Source: Patescibacteria group bacterium (GTDB lineage Bacteria; Patescibacteriota; Patescibacteriia; Buchananbacterales; UBA6539). From it: a stretch of DNA of 64,000 nucleotides. The DNA is taken from contig JBAZSB010000001.1 in the NCBI GenBank assembly GCA_041662625.1, positions 535,189 through 599,188 on the forward strand. The letters are read 5' to 3'. Position 1 is the first letter of the stretch. Every line of letters begins with the position of its first letter. The position numbers and the translations under genes were made by a program. The notes under the pieces were generated by a model. It worked only from the letters and a program-made list of their open reading frames with translations, did not search any database and had not been told where the DNA came from. Below, in pieces: positions 58,701 through 64,000 of this stretch.

Positions 58701-59734
58701 CCGCTTTGACAGATATCAGGCGCTAGACATTGAAACGGACCAAGATCATCAGCCACCGATTCATGAGCATTAACGCACACACCACCGGCCCCATCCGCGC
58801 AGGCCTGGCAAGCCTGGCTGCATTCAGCTTCCAGCCCAAAATCAGTATCGCCCGCCCCAGCGGGGTTGGGGGTCCGATTAATACAGCTGCCACCAAAACA
58901 ATAAGTACACTCCCCTTCACAATGATTACCTTCCTGACTATTAGGCTGGGCACCACACTGTTTAGTTGGCTGACAACGCTGGCAAGGATTACAGTAATTA
59001 TCATTGCCATGGCCAGGGGTAGGACCTTCCCAGCAACAAGTTATCCCGCCTGGTCCCAATTTCCCGGCACAAGTGAAATCCGCACAATCAGCAAAGCCGT
59101 TGCCATCTTCATCACCACTGATATTACAAATTTCCTGGACACAGTTAGAAGCACCCAAGCAATCTGTTGTATCATTGCAATCAACTAAACCATCGCAGTC
59201 ATTATCAAAACCGTCATCACAAGTTAATTCCTTGGGATTATTACTGACTGAATCAAATTCAAAATATGCACTATGGTTAGTGTAAACCTCATTGTTACAA
59301 GCTGGATAAGTACCGTCAGCTAAACGGTTAACTCGAGAGCCAATGCAAACCCCGCTCTGCAAAGGACAGGGGTGGCTGGCACTAGGAACACACTGACAGT
59401 CAGGGTCAAAGCCATCAGTTAAACCATCACAATCATTATCCTTGCCGTCGCTGGAACTAAATTCAATAAATTCAAAAAAAGGTCGGCTATAATAAGTAGC
59501 CATGCTGCAATCAACGAATTGGCCACTGGATGGGCACTGCTCTTGCAACCCAGTACACTCCCCTTCATTGCGAAGGCAGGACATCGGCGTACCGGGGGTA
59601 CAAGAAGCAGCATAAATATTAAAAACGGCAACAACTAAACCAAAAAATATTATTACTAGGCTAAAAATTAAATAGTTTTTCCGAAAAAACTTCATAAATT
59701 TAAATAATATTTTCGCTCTATCTATGGTGAACAA
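55724..59734 (-). CDS. Giant secreted Cys-rich repeat protein (1336 aa)
   Basis: Signal anchor. ~75-aa modules (CNNGLDDDSDGQxDxPADPGC...ECDDGxDNDGDxQRDLADSGC...NCGDGxCEGGET..SC..DCG) repeat three times in tandem, along with many other Cys-rich segments. Confidence 0.7.
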   Translation of the reverse strand: MFTIDRAKILFKFMKFFRKNYLIFSLVIIFFGLVVAVFNIYAASCTPGTPMSCLRNEGECTGLQEQCPSSGQFVDCSMATYYSRPFFEFIEFSSSDGKDNDCDGLTDGFDPDCQCVPSASHPCPLQSGVCIGSRVNRLADGTYPACNNEVYTNHSAYFEFDSVSNNPKELTCDDGFDNDCDGLVDCNDTTDCLGASNCVQEICNISGDEDGNGFADCADFTCAGKLGPGGITCCWEGPTPGHGNDNYCNPCQRCQPTKQCGAQPNSQEGNHCEGECTYCFGGSCINRTPNPAGAGDTDFGLEAECSQACQACADGAGGVCVNAHESVADDLGPFQCLAPDICQSGSCVTVTPINQCNNSSDDDGDGRVDFPSDPGCSSASDSSELNLAIECDDNIDNDSDSRVDLADIGCTSLTDIDESNCGDGVCEGSETSASCATDCGAVTACNNGLDDDSDGQIDYPADPGCSNSNDNSELNSAIECDDGLDNDGDGQRDLADSGCADSIDTDESNCGDGACEGGETPLSCASDCGAATACNNGLDDDSDGQTDFPADPGCSSGSDTSELNPAVQCDDGTDNDGDSQRDLADSGCTNLTDNDESNCGDGACEGGETCDTASCPADCGCGTELCCSGVCQPPACDATGDCNDSNSCTIDSCSNPSQCNAVCSYTTITTCTNSDSCCPVSCNALTDNDCSPVCGNGVCETPSETPTNCSLDCGQCVAGVDTRPCSLTQGVCSGARETCADIGGGRGAWQGCTTTTYTSWATAHGNVYEVGTELTCNDSDNNDCDTSTDCADSDCTGKSGPGGFTCCLNAGHCTAYGGDCLYRDCDVGDTYTCRYCDRTSPTCLDGSTNPAYLANWCGACGQCTPSGNNYDCQTKTPDSCLTSTECGVCKGSGSNPVVYQCGVPVSPANDRCSAVCSECNPATLDCQYIYNNIDCNGSNQCCEVGYSCQGSTPNPPICATCDDADLDGVCDENDVCPYDPDNDDPAKGADGDGLCAVGCNSGVSRTGTKTNGWICRYNSSVTYDTCQGGASGAGNNCTSANSCLLVFGAEDYMNIYINGKMMTGNLFLPKYKICNGGGKDGKECDIDSDCLGGTCVDFAANPRAVPLTPTNSVNPSVTGAYFNVSNYLVSGMNVIALEAYDEEQTTPTVIRNRALRGAIANYNDTGLCTLMGGVNPVLRTYRLSATDPASPAYQSYMPLKCYVKDTGERCVGGSNEGNLCPNGASDCPGGTCVETSNPNYPPADAQGDDWKKISYDYSSWTYANSSCYQDTFPLCQSINANSSTLIDTRIYVSKYSQTTPAGTRMPWSIWGAHSRFVSPGPSYESSHIYCRFEYNR

Positions 59735-62700
59735 TTAAAATCACAATCACAACTGTTAGCACAGCTGCCACAACTGGTACCAAGCGATGGGCAAGTTTCG
59801 GTACAAGGAGTAAAAGCTTGGTTACATCTAACACACCGCCGGGTCAAATAATAAGCGCTAGACTGCATTCCCACACCATCTTGATTTAAAACATAAAAAA
59901 CTTCCCAGCGGCCATTAGTGATTCTGTCTGTAGCACTTTCCGGCCAAGGATCAGGCGTCACCCGCCGCACCCTCTGATTGCTGGCATCCCACTTAACTTG
60001 AAAATACTGTCCGGAATGAGCAACGGATTTAATGGCCACCAATGAACCAGGCTGGATACCAGCTTTAGCAGTGGAAGCATCTTGTAAAACTTCAAACTGT
60101 AAAGTTTGTTCTGATCCACCAAGGCGGAACCGATGATATGAATCCTCAGCATCCGTATTAAAGCCCCAGCCAGAGAACTTAAAATTCGAGCTTGAAGGTA
60201 ATATACTACCCGTACCACCAGCGGTACCAGTTATTGTAAATTGGATTGCATTAGTAAGAGAAGTTACACCTTTAGCATAGGTTATACCGCCCTCAACATC
60301 TCCACCAATGTATTGATTCCCGCCTTCGGGTATATCACAGCTAAGAGTATGACTAGCCGTAACCAAAGTCACCACGTCGCCGTCTTTAATTGGACAGGCA
60401 TATTCCGGTGTATTAATAGTCTCTGTACCCAAACAGCAGCCGTCATTAGAAGAATTCTGGCAGCCAGAATAGGTTTTTGTCGTATTCGGGCAGCCGGTTT
60501 TGGTACAAGTCACAGCGATATCACCATCAGTGCAGTTACTGCTGCAAGGCGGCTGAGAAGGGCAAGTCCAAGTGCCGTCATTAATATTGTCACAATTCAC
60601 CTCTAATCTACAAACATCTGCTCCAGCCTGACTTTTGCAGGTAAAACCGGTGCCGGCATTGGCACAGTCGACAGAAACACCTGACGGTGGCGTAGCCGTT
60701 TGATGAATTTCCGTCTGAGGACTACCAAGACACTGCCATTCCCGCAAATCAGTAGCAGAGGCACAAGTATCAACACAACTATAAAGTTTGTAACCACTAA
60801 CCGTATCTTGATCGCGTAAGCTGCAATCAGCATCAGTGATGGTGGCGCCACCAGGCGGCCGCACCAAGACTTCACCGCCGGCCTTCAAATCATCAGCTGA
60901 TTCATCAAACATCTGATCAGAATCATAACAATAATATACAGTCGAATTGCAGCAGCTGAAACAATCTCTATCCAGGCAGTCTATGTAATTGTCACCGTCA
61001 TTATCAGTACGATCGTCACAGTTACCCATAGGAGGAGGATTACAACTCTCAGCAGAACAGTCTGCCGAACAAGTGCTTGTATTTTCGCCCGGATCACAAG
61101 TACCATTACCGCAAAAACAATCACTATGACAATTGGCAGTTGTTTCGCCCGGATCACAAGTACCATCGCCGTCACAGACCGAGGAACAATCAGTTGAGCA
61201 GCTGGCTGCAGTTTCACCGGTATCACAAGTATCATTGCCGCAAAAACAATCATGAGAGCAATTGGACGTGCTTTCTCCGGAATCGCAAGTATTATTGTTA
61301 TTACAAGTTGTTGGACTGACTGAACAATCAGGATAATTTTCTGGACCGACTAAAGGATTAGTGTCATCACAGTCCGGCCCATTGCAGAAAGAATTCAAAT
61401 AACCATCACTATCGGCATCACATGACGGGCAGTAAGCCAAAAGAACATTACTAATCTGTAAATTATCGACATAAGCTGACAAACTATTGACTTTCCAAAC
61501 CCGGGCAGCCGGATCAACACAAAGGTTGTCAGGCAAAGTTAGACTCTGACCAGCAAAAATTGCTTCTCCGCTATCATCATATAATTGGTTGAAATCGCTT
61601 TCAGCGCCAGTGCCAACCTGGGCCTTAAAGCTACCAGTGATTCGACTGATAATACTTTCGCTGATATCAGTGTATAAAGTGCCAATATTAGTGTTAGAAA
61701 AACAATAACCATTAGCCGTACCGCAAGCAATAGTACCATTATTGGACGACCAACTGTTCATGTCGTTGATATTAATATCATAACCAAAAGCAGCAGTATA
61801 TATCTTGATCCCATAAATCTCCTTAGCGTTACTGGCCGCCCCACTGACGTCACCAGATGTCGGATTTCCGTCACTCATCAAAATCATAATTTTTTCATCA
61901 GCGCCAGAACTGTTAAGTAAATCAGTGGCCGTATTAATTCCTTCGGCAGTATAAGTACCACCAATCGTCAGGTAGCCATCAATTATTGGCTTGAGGACTG
62001 AATCAAACTGATCAACATAGCAAAAAGAAGAGCTACTCTCACAACTGCCACTAACATTATCTTCGGCATCGTTACTAAAAGTAACTAAACCAATTTTAAT
62101 TTTATCTTCAGCTTCAGCAATCTTAAAACTATCAATCACTGTTTTTAAGGCCGGCTTAAGTTCTGGAATCGGCTCCACATTATTACATTTAGTATAATCA
62201 TCACAATCTTCCACTATGCAAAGCGCCGGCGGTTCACCAGTCCAACAGCCTGGAAGAAGACCCCAACAATGGTTACAATCTATACCGGGATCATTCATAC
62301 TGGTTGATAAATCAGTCACCAAAACCACAGCTACAGAATTAAGCGGCTCCCCACCGGTAATCCGAGCATCAAAAGATATCCCTTGACTGGCACTGCACTC
62401 CGGCACACCTAAACTAACTTGACCAACATCAGAGAAAGTGGCGGTTTTCTGATCCGCAGAGATATCAATATCACCGGCCGGATTAGGACTACTAAAATTG
62501 GCTTGCGCCGTCTGCCAGCCGCCGTTTTCACATGGACCACTAATATTACATTCACAGACGCTAAGAGCATTTTTGGTACAACCTAAGGCACAACTGCAGT
62601 CATCATTACATCTTGGCCCATCGCAGGCTTCACCCTCCTCCCACTGAACTATATTATCACCGCATTCACCAGCTCCTTTGGTTCTTTGGGTTCGGCAGTT

Positions 62701-63993
62701 GTCACACCATTTACATTCTTCCTCGGAACTATAATCGGGAACACAAGCCACGTTATTATTAGTTGTACATTCCCAGCTTTGCCCAGCAGGTGTGAAAGGT
62801 AGGGTTTGCCGGCCGTCACTGCAATCGCAAACTTCACCGCGGAACGAATCAATAATGCCGTCCCCGCAATCCGGGTCATTATATAAATCACCTTTACTGT
62901 CACAAATCGAACCTAAGGAATCTAAGTCAAAATCAACTTGAGAATTTAAATGCTGAGCACCAGTCACATCCAGCCAAGAACTGACTACCGGATTGGCACA
63001 ATTAATTTCCACGCCGAATTGATCATGACAAGTTGGCCCGTATGGCCCGCCCGGACAATTATCTAAATCACTAAACTTATTATTAGCTGGATCGGCCGTA
63101 GTGAAATTATAGAATTGATTACTGGGTGACTGGCAGGCTTGGAAGTGTCGCTCATAGGTTGAGAAGCTGGCCTGGTTCACGCTTTGCGGATCGAAATCAT
63201 GAGTATAAAAGGTGTAATCACCTAAACCATCACGGTCAAAATCAAGGCAGGTGTCACAAATATAGCCGTACTGATCATTGTCAAAATTTTCCTGCAACGG
63301 ATTATAACAAGGTTGAGTCCCTTCAACGTCAACAGAAATTAAATCTTGCAGTCGATCGTAAGAAGCATTAATGTCACGACCACCGTAACAATAAGTACAG
63401 TTAGTGTAATCATCACAATTATCGCAAGTAGCATTATTACTTGACCAACTGTCCATTGCATCCCTTAATGCAGCCAAGTCTGTGTAAGCGATTGAATAAA
63501 CCTTAATCTGATCATTATCTTTAGCAGTTGTAAAATTAGCTATTGGATCTATTGGGCTACCCACACTTGGCACACCATCGCTCATGATAATAACAATTTT
63601 ATTTTGCCCAACTACGGAATTAAGTAAATTGCGGGCCAAAGCTATTGCCGCATTAGTATTAGTACCGGTAGGAGATGAAGTATAATTTTCAATAATATTA
63701 GTTTTCATTTCATTACTTTTGTCCGAGCGACAGAAACCACTACTGCATAAGCTAAGGGTATCATTCACTGCAGTGCCAGAATAGCCGATTAAGGCAATAG
63801 AAACAGACAACGAAGGCGAAGCTGCTTCTAAACCAAATAAACGATCAACTGTATCTTTTAAAGCCGGCTTCATTTGATTTAATCTGCTTTCGGCCGGTAA
63901 AGAGCAGGTGGCAGGCTGAATAGTACAAGGTCCAGAGTCACAACTATCATCCGTACACCAATCCATACTAATAGAAAGATCAGTTAAAAACAC
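59722..63993 (-). CDS. Giant secreted protein with two vWA (MIDAS) domains and Cys-rich modules (N-terminus probably beyond window end)
   Basis: DLSISMDW...IVIIMSDGVP and VVLVTDLSTSMND...KIMILMSDGNP are vWA motifs. Repeated CGN(D/G)TCD(T/P)GE(T/N).(A/S).C..DC modules. Overlaps the downstream gene by 13 nt. Confidence 0.7.
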   Translation of the reverse strand: MFLTDLSISMDWCTDDSCDSGPCTIQPATCSLPAESRLNQMKPALKDTVDRLFGLEAASPSLSVSIALIGYSGTAVNDTLSLCSSGFCRSDKSNEMKTNIIENYTSSPTGTNTNAAIALARNLLNSVVGQNKIVIIMSDGVPSVGSPIDPIANFTTAKDNDQIKVYSIAYTDLAALRDAMDSWSSNNATCDNCDDYTNCTYCYGGRDINASYDRLQDLISVDVEGTQPCYNPLQENFDNDQYGYICDTCLDFDRDGLGDYTFYTHDFDPQSVNQASFSTYERHFQACQSPSNQFYNFTTADPANNKFSDLDNCPGGPYGPTCHDQFGVEINCANPVVSSWLDVTGAQHLNSQVDFDLDSLGSICDSKGDLYNDPDCGDGIIDSFRGEVCDCSDGRQTLPFTPAGQSWECTTNNNVACVPDYSSEEECKWCDNCRTQRTKGAGECGDNIVQWEEGEACDGPRCNDDCSCALGCTKNALSVCECNISGPCENGGWQTAQANFSSPNPAGDIDISADQKTATFSDVGQVSLGVPECSASQGISFDARITGGEPLNSVAVVLVTDLSTSMNDPGIDCNHCWGLLPGCWTGEPPALCIVEDCDDYTKCNNVEPIPELKPALKTVIDSFKIAEAEDKIKIGLVTFSNDAEDNVSGSCESSSSFCYVDQFDSVLKPIIDGYLTIGGTYTAEGINTATDLLNSSGADEKIMILMSDGNPTSGDVSGAASNAKEIYGIKIYTAAFGYDININDMNSWSSNNGTIACGTANGYCFSNTNIGTLYTDISESIISRITGSFKAQVGTGAESDFNQLYDDSGEAIFAGQSLTLPDNLCVDPAARVWKVNSLSAYVDNLQISNVLLAYCPSCDADSDGYLNSFCNGPDCDDTNPLVGPENYPDCSVSPTTCNNNNTCDSGESTSNCSHDCFCGNDTCDTGETAASCSTDCSSVCDGDGTCDPGETTANCHSDCFCGNGTCDPGENTSTCSADCSAESCNPPPMGNCDDRTDNDGDNYIDCLDRDCFSCCNSTVYYCYDSDQMFDESADDLKAGGEVLVRPPGGATITDADCSLRDQDTVSGYKLYSCVDTCASATDLREWQCLGSPQTEIHQTATPPSGVSVDCANAGTGFTCKSQAGADVCRLEVNCDNINDGTWTCPSQPPCSSNCTDGDIAVTCTKTGCPNTTKTYSGCQNSSNDGCCLGTETINTPEYACPIKDGDVVTLVTASHTLSCDIPEGGNQYIGGDVEGGITYAKGVTSLTNAIQFTITGTAGGTGSILPSSSNFKFSGWGFNTDAEDSYHRFRLGGSEQTLQFEVLQDASTAKAGIQPGSLVAIKSVAHSGQYFQVKWDASNQRVRRVTPDPWPESATDRITNGRWEVFYVLNQDGVGMQSSAYYLTRRCVRCNQAFTPCTETCPSLGTSCGSCANSCDCDFNCSP

Positions 63994-64000
63994 AATATAA

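Overview
This 64 kb window looks like an AT-rich, streamlined Candidate Phyla Radiation (CPR / Patescibacteria)-like bacterial genome, and almost every gene is on the minus strand. Two lines of evidence suggest CPR: the ribosomal proteins L22, L23 and L4 carry long Lys-rich extensions, and many genes lack a Shine-Dalgarno sequence.

Recognisable core genes:
- The S10/str ribosomal block: rpsC (partial), rplV, rpsS, rplB, rplW, rplD, rplC, rpsJ, tuf, fusA, rpsG and rpsL, plus an unlisted rpmB on the plus strand and tRNA-Pro(GGG).
- Housekeeping genes: ndk, split ComEC, ahcY, mtnP, apt, glnA with an upstream GAF-ANTAR regulator, UDP-sugar enzymes, ogt, ftsA/ftsZ and ybeY.
- prfB with the classic +1 frameshift site CUU UGA C.
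- A B12 module: class II ribonucleotide reductase (nrdJ), a cob(I)alamin adenosyltransferase, and a cobalamin-riboswitch-controlled uptake operon (a transcobalamin-like alpha/alpha-toroid protein, a surface protein, DUF4430 and an ECF S-component).
- Giant secreted Cys-rich proteins with vWA domains and tandem modules at the 3' end of the window.

The main discovery is a set of visibly GC-richer cassettes (about 12.1-14.9 kb, 17.6-22.1 kb and a small one at 26.2-26.7 kb) with strong SD sequences, embedded in AT-rich host DNA. They sit next to tRNA-Pro, a 154-nt CCA-ended tRNA-like element and an excisionase-type HTH gene.

Within these cassettes, four transcription units each carry a sigma70-like promoter (TTGAC(A/T), 17-18 nt, TAAnnT) followed by a near-leaderless leader-peptide ORF and an intrinsic terminator. 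The regulatory codon run differs in each:
- Phe-rich leader (MQKTQAVKWFFSFFFYTDR) upstream of unknown-pheA-DAHP synthase.
- Val-rich leader (MKSIARTTVVLTVVVLVSQTG) upstream of two unknown small proteins.
- Leu-rich leader (MKSFAKQSSLLLLALLLSQPLGGRFTSV) upstream of a small TM protein and a 167-aa unknown.
- Ile-rich leader (MTSTRQNIIIGIIIISQPLGGSLKMRNQK) upstream of a LeuA/CimA-family synthase.

The Leu and Ile units share a 22-nt conserved scaffold, UUAGCCAGCCUUUGGGUGGAAG, encoding SQPLGG, that forms the 5' arm of the terminator. This modular family of amino-acid-sensing attenuators driving unknown cargo is the most novel-looking system in the window.

Other notable structure: a family of ~100-bp hairpin (MITE-like) elements closed by CCCCGN...NCGGGG clamps, heptanucleotide tandem repeats (one inside the start of a surface-protein gene), repeated intergenic hairpin families, and several N-rich, Cys-rich tandem-repeat proteins.
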